Source: Nemertoderma westbladi
Taxonomy: Eukaryota > Animalia > Xenacoelomorpha
Assembly (NCBI GenBank): GCA_032718475.1
Contig: JAUCBJ010000073.1
Coordinates: forward strand, 22,282 to 86,281
DNA: 64,000 nucleotides
Direction of reading: 5' to 3'
Every line of letters starts with the position of its first letter. Position 1 is the stretch's first letter. The notes below the pieces were generated by a model. The model had not been told where the DNA came from. It saw only the letters and a list, made by a program, of their open reading frames with translations, and searched no databases. A program made the position numbers and the translations under genes. Shown here one piece after another: positions 38,935-49,313 of this stretch.

Positions 38935-39378
38935 TTTGCGGAGATTTTTGCGCCATTAACACTAATTTACATTATTAGCTGTCAGTATTTTACTGTAATG
39001 GATACAGAGGCCCGGCATCTTATTCAAAACTCTGAATTGTGTATTTGGTAATATTTAATTACATCAATTTAATTAAATTAGCTTAAATGTTACTTATATA
39101 CGTACATTTAGCGCTATATAAATATTATATTATTATTATTATTATTACTTTCTTGTAAATAAATAAACTAATTATAACTAAAAAATAAAAAACTAACACA
39201 AGAGTTGAAAACATTTGAATTCAGACACTAACATCTCATTTCCTTTCTTTATAAGAACTAATAAAAATTTTATCGGTGATTTTTATTAGCCATTTTTTCA
39301 TAAATTAAAGTTAAAACATGTCTGTCAGCTGTTATTGTCAATTCCATCTGTTTTCATCTCTTTAGGATACCGGTTGCC

Positions 39379-41529
39379 ATGGAGACGGTTAGATACGAGG
39401 CGCGCGTGCGCCCTACCGGCTACTTTGTGCCCCCGACGTACGAGATAGCTTCCCGACAGGTCGGGGGGTCCTTGCTTCCCGCCCACAGCTGGTTCGATCC
39501 GCCCCCTCGTCTAGCCCCCCCTCACGACATCCCCTCCAGCAGCGAGGAATCGCCCCCCCAGCTGTCCCCCTCCACATCTGGGGAAGTCCGAGGCTCACCG
39601 GACGACCCAGGACACTATGTCCGAGGCTCACCGGACCCCGGACACTACGTCCGAGGCTCACCGGATCCCGGACACTATGTCCGAGGCTCCCCAGAGCCCG
39701 GACACCACGTCCGAGCCTCTCCGGAGCCCGGACACTACGTCCGAACATCGCCGGACCCCGGACACTACGTCCGAACCTCGCCGGACACCGGACGTGAGGG
39801 ACTGTGGACCTACGAGGACCAATTCCGATCGCTTTACGAAATATCACCGGACCCGAACCGGAAGGCGTTCCTCGACAACCTGTTCCTGTTCATGCGGAAC
39901 CGCGGAACTCCTATAAGCCGAATCCCAATAATGGCGAAACAAACTCTCGATCTGTTCGAATTGTTCAACGAGGTGGTCGCGAAGGGCGGCTTGGTGGAGG
40001 TGATTAACCGTAAACTCTGGCGGGAAGTCGCCACCGCTCTCGGTCTACCGGCCTCCATCACCAGCGCAGCATTCACTCTCCGCACTCAGTACATGAAGTA
40101 TTTGTATCCGTACGAGAGCGATTACCTCAAACTCAGTCATCCTCGGCAGCTGCAGGCCGCCATAGACTGCAACCGTAGGGACGGGAGACGGGCTGAGTCT
40201 GGCAACAACGGGCTGCTTAGTAACGGATCAGTGGGTCACCTTAGCAACGGATCTATGGGTCACCATAGTAACGGGTCAGCGGGTCACCATAGTAACGGGT
40301 CCGTGGGTCACCATAGTAACGGGTCCACGCCAGTCTACCGGACTCCTCCCGTTCTGGAGGAACAGCCGCAGGACCTGTCGGTCTACCGACCGCGGACCGC
40401 CGAGGTCAGTAAACCCCCGTCCTACTCTACGGCGGTTCAGCGTCAGTCTGGTCTCCGTACCAACGGTCTCACCAACGCCGACCATCCGACAAACCCCATA
40501 GACTTCAGTCGGAACTCTCCGACGGTGACGGGGCTGGCACCGCGCAGTGTAGTGGCCACCACCGGGTGTCCGACGAACCTGCAGACAGGGTGTCCGACAA
40601 ACCTGCAGACCGGGTGTCCGACAAACCTACAGACCGGGTGTCCGACAAACCTACAGACCGGGTGTCCGACAAACCTACAGACCGGGTGTCCGACAAACCT
40701 ACAGACCGGGTGTCCGACAAACCTACAGACCGGGTGTCCGACAAACCTGCAGACAGGGTGTCCGACAAACCTACAGACCGGGTGTCCGACAAACCTACAG
40801 ACCGGGTGTCCGACAAACCTACAGACCGGGTGTCCGACAAACCTACAGACCGGGTGTCCGACAAACCTACAGACCGGGTGTCCGACAAACCTGCAGACCG
40901 GGTGTCCGACAAACCTGCAGACCGGGTGTCCGACAAACCTACAGACCGGGTGTCCGACAAACCTACAGACCGGGTGTCCGACAAACCTACAGACCGGGTG
41001 TCCGACAAACCTACAGACCGGGTGTCCGACAAACCTACAAACAGGGTGTCCGACAGACCGTCGACGGCGTTGGTCCCCCTGGATCGACGATTCTGGAATA
41101 GAAGAGGACGCCATCTACCGAGAGCAACGGGAAATGTTAGCCAACAACTCAGGAATCCCGTTTAAAAAGAGATTGAGCTACTCCGCGCAGCAGGGGAAAG
41201 TTGTGGTGAGTCGGTCTGGGGGTGCCGACAGCAGACTCTCAGATAGTAGACATATGGATGACAGACACACAAATAGCAGAGACCCACAAGATACCGACAC
41301 CAACGCGAAACCCCCAATGGCCTTCCAGCAATCCCGAATGAGTATCCAGCCAATCACAGACAAGCTATCCCCCTTCGCCACGCCTCTTGCGATGACAGTG
41401 GAACTCACCGGAACTATTTACTCTGGGGTTTTGTATCCGGTCGCCTTGACTCCAATGACTCCAGCCACTCCCATCAACTCGACCCCTATAGATACATTCG
41501 CTAATGGCTTGAAATGCCACCCTTACTGA
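39379..41529 (+). CDS. ARID3: ARID3 / dead ringer (retained)-like AT-rich interaction domain transcription factor, 716 aa, uninterrupted CDS
   Basis: WTYEDQFRSLYEI...RGTPISRIPIMAKQTLDLFELF...GLPASITSAAFTLRTQYMKYLYPYE (ARID3-type ARID); extended-ARID LQAAIDCNRRDGRR; REKLES-beta-like MTVELTGTIYSGVLYP. Kozak-like GCCATGG, acceptor at 39364-39365 just upstream, AATAAA at 41562. Confidence 0.95.
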   Translation: METVRYEARVRPTGYFVPPTYEIASRQVGGSLLPAHSWFDPPPRLAPPHDIPSSSEESPPQLSPSTSGEVRGSPDDPGHYVRGSPDPGHYVRGSPDPGHYVRGSPEPGHHVRASPEPGHYVRTSPDPGHYVRTSPDTGREGLWTYEDQFRSLYEISPDPNRKAFLDNLFLFMRNRGTPISRIPIMAKQTLDLFELFNEVVAKGGLVEVINRKLWREVATALGLPASITSAAFTLRTQYMKYLYPYESDYLKLSHPRQLQAAIDCNRRDGRRAESGNNGLLSNGSVGHLSNGSMGHHSNGSAGHHSNGSVGHHSNGSTPVYRTPPVLEEQPQDLSVYRPRTAEVSKPPSYSTAVQRQSGLRTNGLTNADHPTNPIDFSRNSPTVTGLAPRSVVATTGCPTNLQTGCPTNLQTGCPTNLQTGCPTNLQTGCPTNLQTGCPTNLQTGCPTNLQTGCPTNLQTGCPTNLQTGCPTNLQTGCPTNLQTGCPTNLQTGCPTNLQTGCPTNLQTGCPTNLQTGCPTNLQTGCPTNLQTGCPTNLQTGCPTNLQTGCPTNLQTGCPTDRRRRWSPWIDDSGIEEDAIYREQREMLANNSGIPFKKRLSYSAQQGKVVVSRSGGADSRLSDSRHMDDRHTNSRDPQDTDTNAKPPMAFQQSRMSIQPITDKLSPFATPLAMTVELTGTIYSGVLYPVALTPMTPATPINSTPIDTFANGLKCHPY
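40561..41055 (+). repeat. Coding 24-bp minisatellite, 20 full TGCPTNLQ units plus a partial unit, inside ARID3
   Basis: ACCGGGTGTCCGACAAACCTACAG repeated in frame. Confidence 0.97.
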
Positions 41530-41668
41530 CTGACTCACTCAGTAGTTGATTCCATAAAATGAATAAATTATTTATGATTATTAGTTTTTACTCGATATAA
41601 CTTAATTTAAAAAAAAATGTTAAAAACATTTTAGCAGCACCTGAGTAACCTTATTGACTAACCGACTC

Positions 41669-42936
41669 TCTCACTCACTCACTCACTCACTCACTCACTC
41701 ACTCACTCACTCACTCACTCACTCACTCACTCACTCACTCACTCACTCACTCACTCACTCACTCACTCACTCACTCACTCACTCACTCACTCACTCACTC
41801 ACTCACTCACTCACTCACTCACTCACTCACTCACTCACTCACTCACTCACTCACTCACTCACTCACTCACTCACTCACTCACTCACTCACTCACTCACTC
41901 ACTCACTCACTCACTCACTCACTCACTCACTCACTCACTCACTCACTCACTCACTCACTCACTCACTCACTCACTCAATCAATCACTCTCTCACTCACTC
42001 ACTCACTCACCCACTCAATCAATCACTCACTCACTCAATCAATCACTCACTCACTCACTCAATCAATCACTCACTCACTCACTCACTCACTCACTCACTC
42101 ACTCACTCAATCACTCACTCACTCACTCACTCACTCACTCACTCACTCACTCACTCACTCACTCACTCACTCACTCACTCACTCACTAACTCACTCACTC
42201 ACTCACTCAATCACTCACTCACTCACTCACTCACTCACTCACTCACTCACTCACTCACTCACTCACTCAATCACACACTCACTCACTCACTCACTCACTC
42301 ACTCACTCACTCACTCACTCACTCACTCACTCACTCACTCACTCACTCACTCACTCACTCACTCACTCACTAACTCACTCACTCACTCACTCAATCACTC
42401 ACTCACTCACTCACTCACTCACTCTCTCACTCACTCACTCACTCACTCACTCACTCACTCACTCACTCACTCACTCACTCACTCACTCACTCACTCACTC
42501 ACTCACTCACTCACTCACTCACTCACTCACTCTCCTCACTCACTCACTCACTCACTCACTCACTCACTCACTAACTCACTCACTCATTCACTCTCACTCA
42601 CTCACTCACTCACTCACTCACTCACTCACTCACTCACTCAATCACTCACTCACTCACTCACTCACTCAATCACACACTCACTCACTCACTCACTCACTCA
42701 CTCACTCACTCACTCACTCACTCACTCACTCACTCACTCACTCACTCACTCACTCACTCACTCACTAACTCACTCACTCACTCACTCACTCACTCACTCA
42801 CTCACTCACTCAATCTCTCTCACTCACTCACTCACTCACTCACTCACTCACTCACTCACTCACTCACTCACTCACTCACTCACTCACTCACTCACTCACT
42901 CACTCACTCGCTCACTCACTCACTCACTCACTCAAC
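41669..42936. repeat. (TCAC)n microsatellite, about 1.27 kb
   Basis: Directly visible, with occasional TCAA, TAAC and TCTC variants. Confidence 0.98.
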
Positions 42937-44063
42937 TCATATAAACATACCTTATCAAAACCCACAACGTAGTTCCCCATACATTGCCATGTGAACCATA
43001 CAGGGAAGTTGGCTAACAGTGAATTCTTAGCAATGAATGATATTAATGTTTACATGTCATATCACTTCGAAAGTTGTTTGTTTATGGACAGAGTTAATTT
43101 AATTTATTACCGTTTTGTGATTTCAATGGTTCTGATGGTATTTCATCCCATATTTTGTTATTTTTTTATACATTGGATTGTCATTGTTTATTTTTATTCG
43201 TATTAGAGAGTAGAAAACGTTATAGGATTTATTTTGATCTGAATTACATGTTATATTTTTTATTGCTTGTTTTTTGTGTTAAATGTATTTTTGTGTTAAA
43301 TTTAGTGTTTCATATTAAATTTAGGTATATTGGTAAAATGTGGTTATTTGCCCTTCAAATTATCTATGCAAGTATCAATTGTGTTTGCGGTTTCCTTGGA
43401 AACTGAAAATCAATGTAAATATTGTAAATACTGATCATGTGTGTGTCGTGTCCAAGTTTTTCTAATCCTAATTTGTAACTATTAATAGATAACGCAACCT
43501 GACTTTGTATCTAACTAACTATTATTTTTTATATTAATTTCATCAGAAATACATGATATTAGATGTAAGTAAAGTACTGTCGTACTAACTCTATTACATG
43601 TGTTTTCAGTCATCACTTCATAAAATACCGATAAATGAGTCCAGTATTCTGTAAATTCGCTTAAGCTGTTGACAGACTATCAGTCATCGCATCATAGCCC
43701 AACACAGTTTGTGTTCGGACAGTACCGATGTCGATGTGTGATATAACCCTCTTGAAATTTTCCTGCACATTATGCTCTAGTTCTGTGTAGAGCCATGTTA
43801 AGGAAACTTAAAACATTTGTGTACCTTTAGACCTTTTTGGAACCGCAGGTTGAAATTCATCTGTGTTGTTTTTCTGTAGCCCTTATATTGTAAATGAAGT
43901 TAGATTACGTTGATTCAACACGAACTCTGATTTACTAACAAAAAATATAATATATCATAAATAATAAATATAAACAAACAGGGCGTAATATATAAATATT
44001 TCTTAATGATATACATTTTATTGAAACCCAACAACAACAACAAAAATACAATAACTTACATAA

Positions 44064-45362
44064 CTAGAGAACATTAAATCTAAAAACCGACCACGCCATT
44101 AGTGCAAATAGGAAAGGCCATCCTAGTAGACATAGCAGAGCGGAAGCTATTTGGAAACCGAGGTAGTCATTGATAAAACCGCCGAAAATTAAACCTATCA
44201 TATTCCCCACCGAGAACCAAATTCTAAGAGATTGTTGTATCAGGGATCTCGTATCCACATTGTCAGGATAACCGGAAACACTAACCGCCAGGCGAGTTTG
44301 AGTTTCAATTCCTGGAACGGTAAACATTCCCGCTCCTATTCCTAAAAGAACACAGCCAATCAGCGATATAGTCAGGGAATATGGGAACCCAAGAACTTCT
44401 GTTGGCCCAACAAGTAGCATAGCTAGTAGGATTATTATCATTCCGAGTATAGTAGGATAAATAGGTTTACATAAATTCAAAAAAAATGTAAACAATAATG
44501 ATGTTAAAGCGACTGACATAGGGTATATCATACACTCCCCCCCAATACTATACTGGTCTTCGTTATAGTAGTCATGGAGATATGCGGCAAAGTTTGCCGC
44601 TACGTAGACATGCACAATTGCACTGGTTAAGTCCGATATAAATATCAGTGTAATTCCTGGATTCCTCAAAAGACCCATGTACGTCGGTCGTTGTTCATTA
44701 GAGTCACATCTGTCTAAGATATAGGCGGGGGCTTCAAACCAACAGTAGAGAACAATAGCTAGGAACATTGAACCCGATGTAACGAAAGGGAACTCAAATC
44801 CAAATGTAGCAAAAATAATAGACCCAAAAGGTGGAGCAAGTCCGTATCCTACAGCGGAAATAACCACAGATAGACTCGTTAAAAGTGTTCGCTTCGTTGG
44901 ATATAATTCCATTAGTAGGTTGTAAGAATACATGTGACTGATATTGAGACCAATGGATTCTGCGATTCGTAGAAAAAAACAAGTGAAAATAAACCAACCA
45001 TTGTCTGGGATATATTCGACAAATCCAAAAAGAAATTGTGAGAGTTGGCCAATCAACCCGAAGACACCAAAGGATATCGAGGTACCCCAGGTAGTTATAG
45101 AATGAGGAAAAATAACGTAACATAACAGGCGGGCGAACGAAAAAGTGGAGAATAGCGAGCCTAGAAGAGTCTTAGACCAATCGCGATGTTCCACAACTAT
45201 TGGGAAGAAAGACTCCAAGAGATTGTTCCCCCACCCGGGTATCAGTTGATAGAATAACAGTAACATTAGCATTACATTATGTCTCCAGTTAGAACGTTTC
45301 TTGCTAGATTTCTCTGGAAATTGATTTAATGGTTCTCCTTCTATTACCGGTACTAATGACAT
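44064..45362 (-). CDS. SLC18B1: MFS-type transporter, SLC18B1-like, intronless CDS (about 432 aa from ATG 45362)
   Basis: About 12 hydrophobic segments; family-like motifs SFFP, LFGFVEY...FIFTCFFLRIAESIG, GYGLAPPFGSIIFATFGFEFPF, LLVGP...LGFP and SVGNMIGLIFGGFINDYLGF. Confidence 0.85.
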   Translation of the reverse strand: MSLVPVIEGEPLNQFPEKSSKKRSNWRHNVMLMLLLFYQLIPGWGNNLLESFFPIVVEHRDWSKTLLGSLFSTFSFARLLCYVIFPHSITTWGTSISFGVFGLIGQLSQFLFGFVEYIPDNGWFIFTCFFLRIAESIGLNISHMYSYNLLMELYPTKRTLLTSLSVVISAVGYGLAPPFGSIIFATFGFEFPFVTSGSMFLAIVLYCWFEAPAYILDRCDSNEQRPTYMGLLRNPGITLIFISDLTSAIVHVYVAANFAAYLHDYYNEDQYSIGGECMIYPMSVALTSLLFTFFLNLCKPIYPTILGMIIILLAMLLVGPTEVLGFPYSLTISLIGCVLLGIGAGMFTVPGIETQTRLAVSVSGYPDNVDTRSLIQQSLRIWFSVGNMIGLIFGGFINDYLGFQIASALLCLLGWPFLFALMAWSVFRFNVL

Positions 45363-45766
45363 CTTCACGTTCTCTTTGCACCTCTGCTATTATTCAAAGC
45401 TTTACATTCTTCCTGCCAATAGAGTAATATTACTTTAATAAAGTATAAACTATTACAAAATTATCGTATATAAACTTTAACACTTTTACAAGTTTACAGT
45501 TTTCTAATCGCCATAAATACAATTTGTTCTTGTATAATAGTTGACATTGCACTATACTGACTGACATATTTATTATTTTATTTCCACGTTTTACTTTTAC
45601 TTTGAGAATGGGCCTACATAATGGGACAAACGCCACCCCTACACCTAGAGACCTACATGTATCCCTATAGAATAAGACTAAATTGATAAAGTACAGTATA
45701 ATGAATGCTATTTCGAAACCAACATATGGATGATCATTAAAACATGTGTTTTTTAGATGTCTTACA

Positions 45767-46274
45767 ATGCCGCGAATTAAGCAGGAACCAACCAAACTGA
45801 TGTGTACCGCGGATTATACTAATGTCCCATCTCCATTGGACTTGTCTTGTGCACGAACTTCACGGGGTGCCAACATAAAGTCGTCATCTGATAATAAACA
45901 ACAGTGTTGTTCGGAAGCCAATAGGTCGCCATTTACCGGCCACCAGCGGAATTGCTTTCCCTCTATGCCGATCCCTTCCTCCCCCCAAGATGTCGTTGAA
46001 TCTCCTATCAACTTCAACGCCAATAATTACAGTCCTTATGGATTCACTGATCACCGGAATCCATTGTCCGCCGGACACCGTTTTAGAGACCCGGGTGTCC
46101 CTCAACCTTACTCACCGGTTACGATAACCTCCGGAGAAACGATGCTTCTGTCCCACAAACGTAGCGAATGTAGTTCTGTAGAGGAGAAAGGCGACGCGAA
46201 CTCCGAACAAAGAGGGTCGATAAAACGACCGTTCCCTGTAAAAGCAACTCCTCCCTGCTTGCCACCGCATCTGG
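45767..46274 (+). CDS. DUF4211-family (QSER1/PRR12/CCDC82-like) gene, coding exon 1 of 9 (total 588 aa)
   Basis: ATG at 45767 (acceptor AG at 45755-45756 upstream); Pro/Ser-rich with PLDLS; donor GTAAGT at 46275 (phase 1). Confidence 0.75.
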
Positions 46275-46657
46275 GTAAGTTTAACAACTACAGTATTTGG
46301 TGATATTATATTGGCTTATAGTTTTGGGGCTACCAGGAATTACCTACTGAAACCGAAACAGAGACATCCATGTATTTATTACGAGATTAATTTATCTTCT
46401 GTCTCCGATAGACGTGTCATTTGTTTTATCCTTTTATCGTGATTAATGCGCGAAATAAATTCACAATAATAATAAATATTCCAAGAATACAAATGTTTTT
46501 AGCCTCAATTTCTCAATAAGTTCATCTAAATTAATTTTTTTAGATAATGACGGAATGTTAAAACATATGAGAGATTCAATTTGTTTACAGTAGGCGTCAT
46601 GACTACTGTTTTTTTTTGTAATCTTCCGACAGGCCGTCTTAAGGGAGGTATTTAACA

Positions 46658-47005
46658 TAATTTATGGGTAGGTTGTTGAAAGATAGTTGATTGGGGTCTA
46701 ACTCCCTGGGTGGGTATTTCAATAAAAAAAGTTCGTGTTTACCTATCGATTAGTTAGGACTAGATAGGGTATTAATTAAATGATAACGAATCCAAAACAG
46801 CAAATGAAATTACATAAAAATATATTTCTTTAGTTACCGGTAAAAATTTGTAGCGTTGTCAGAATATATTAAAAGCTACTAACAGACTAAATCACCGTGC
46901 ACTAAACTCGTATCGGTAAACTCGAACTTTTTCTATTGTAATACCAAGGGAGTTAGACCCCAATCAATTATCTTTCAACAACCTACCTACCTACCCACAA
47001 ATTAC
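46658..47005. mobile_element. MITE-like inverted repeat element in intron 1
   Basis: GGTAGGTTGTTGAAAGATAGTTGATTGGGGTCTAACTCCCT mirrors AGGGAGTTAGACCCCAATCAATTATCTTTCAACAACCTACC; arms about 100 bp. Confidence 0.75.
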
Positions 47006-47130
47006 TGTTTTTTTGTATTAGGATACTGATAAAATCCATCCGTCAGTGGTTAATGTACAGCAGCCCTAAGGTAGCTCCTTACCTCTATAACTATTGGGTT
47101 TCTCTGTATTATATAATATTCTATTTTTAG

Positions 47131-47380
47131 CGCCTCCCCTAGAGAGTAAACGTCCGCGTCTATCCCATCCTTTCCCAATGACTTTACCCGCTCTGGGTAA
47201 CCCAACGGGTCTATTTACCTCGGGTGCGTTCCCACATATCCCCTACCCCTATCCCACACCCACAATGCCGCTGTTCAACCCCGGTATACAGCTCAACTAC
47301 CCCATCATCAATAACAGCCTCACTAATGCCGGCACTTCTACTTCACAGGAGTTCAGTAGAACTTTATCCGGTTATACAAG
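47131..47380 (+). CDS. DUF4211-family gene, exon 2
   Basis: Acceptor TTCTATTTTTAG, phase 1 in; APPLESKRPRL...TLSGYT; donor GTTAGC at 47381 (phase 2). Confidence 0.75.
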
Positions 47381-47397
47381 GTTAGCCAATTATTAAT

Positions 47398-48995
47398 GAA
47401 TATCGCACGGATTCTTCCATTCTATACATTAACCACAAACCCCGAATATCGCACGGATTCTTCCATTCTATACATCAACCACATACACCCGAATATCGCA
47501 CGGATTCTTCCATTCTATACATCAACCACATACCCCCGAATATCGCACGGATTCTTCCATTCTATACATCAACCACATAACCCCGAATATCGCACGGATT
47601 CTTCCATTCTATACATCAACCACATACCCCCGAATATCGCACGGATTCTTCCATTCTATACATCAACCACATACACCCGAATATCGCACGGATTCTTCCA
47701 TTCTATACATCAACCACATACCACCGAATATCGCACGAATTCTTCCATTCTAACCATCAACCACATACCCCCGAATATCGCACGGATTCTTCCATTCTAT
47801 ACATCAACCACATACCCCCGAATATCGCAAGGATTCTTCCATTCTATACATCAACCACATACCCCCGAATATCGCACGGATTCTTCCATTCTATACATCA
47901 ACCACATACCCCCGAATATCGCACGGATTCTTCCATTCTATACATCAACCACATACCCCCGAATATCGCACGGATTCTTCCATTCTATACATCAACCACA
48001 TACCACCGAATATCGCACGGATTCTTCCATTCTATACATCAACCACATACACCCGAATATCGCACGGATTCTTCCATTCTATACATCAACCACATAACCC
48101 CGAATATCGCACGGATTCTTCCATTCTATACATCAACCACATACCCCCGAATATCGCACGGATTCTTCCATTCTATACATCAACCACATACACCCGAATA
48201 TCGCACGAATTCTTCCATTCTATACATCAACCACATACACCCGAATATCGCACGGATTCTTCCATTCTATACATCAACCACATACACCCGAATATGGCAC
48301 GGATTCTTCCATTCTATACATCAACCACATACCCCCGAATATCGCACGGATTCTTCCATTCTATACATCAACCACATACACCCGAATATCGCACGAATTC
48401 TTCCATTCTATACATCAACCACATACACCCGAATATCGCACGGATTCTTCCATTCTATACATCAACCACATACACCCGAATATCGCACGGATTCTTCCAT
48501 TCTATACATCAACCACATACCCCCGAATATCGCACGTATTCTTCCATTCTATACATCAACCACATACCCCCGAATATCGCACGGATTCTTCCATTCTATA
48601 CATCAACCACATACCCCCGAATATCGCACGGATTCTTCCATTCTATACATCAACCACATACCCCCGAATATCGCACGGATTCTTCCATTCTATACATCAA
48701 CCACATACCACCGAATATCGCACGGATTCTTCCATTCTATACATCAACCACATACCACCGAATATCGCACGGATTCTTCCATTCTATACATCAACCACAT
48801 ACCACCGAATATCGCACGGATTCTTCCATTCTATACATCAACCACATACACCCGAATATCGCACGGATTCTTCCATTCTATACATCAACCACATACCACC
48901 GAATATCGCACGGATTCTTCCATTCTATACATCAACCACATACACCCGAATATCGCACGGATTCTTCCATTCTATACATCAACCACATACCCCCG
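47398..48995. repeat. 46-bp intronic minisatellite (GAATATCGCACGGATTCTTCCATTCTATACATCAACCACATACCCC)n, about 35 units
   Basis: Directly visible; begins 17 bp after the exon 2 donor. Confidence 0.97.
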
Positions 48996-49126
48996 ATATT
49001 ACGTTTGGCTCCTAGTTAACCTTATTTTTTTATGCGATATTGGTAGTTTTCTGTGACATAAAGTATGGAAAAGCCAACCGCAGAACATTATTTATTAGTA
49101 ACACTTATTTTTGTCGTTATTAACAG

Positions 49127-49313
49127 ACAAGACCGTCCAGATTCTGTCGACCCCAATGATGTCGATGAAGACGACCCCAGTTTGTACCCCAACACCGACT
49201 ATGTTGTAGAGAATGACGCCGGTCTAGATGGGCCGCTTTGGCTCCCAAAAGGTTCTCTCGTACAAAAATACATCGTCGACAAGAGGAAACGACACTACAT
49301 AGAGACGAGATAT
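49127..49313 (+). CDS. DUF4211-family gene, exon 3
   Basis: Acceptor TTATTAACAG, phase 2 in; QDRPDSVDPND...RKRHYIETRY; donor GTGAGT at 49314 (phase 0). Confidence 0.8.

Noticed and set aside
39413-41408. Overlapping alternative-frame and antisense ORFs within ARID3
   Set aside because: Shadows of GC-rich in-frame repeats; silent variation favours the ARID3 frame.
41654-42373. 239-aa HSLT-repeat ORF
   Set aside because: Translation of the (TCAC)n microsatellite.
47396-49019. Two ~240-aa repeat ORFs, and junction origin of the 46-bp array
   Set aside because: The unit is stop-free by chance and lies in an intron whose flanking exons join in phase; it contains no exon end or splice site.
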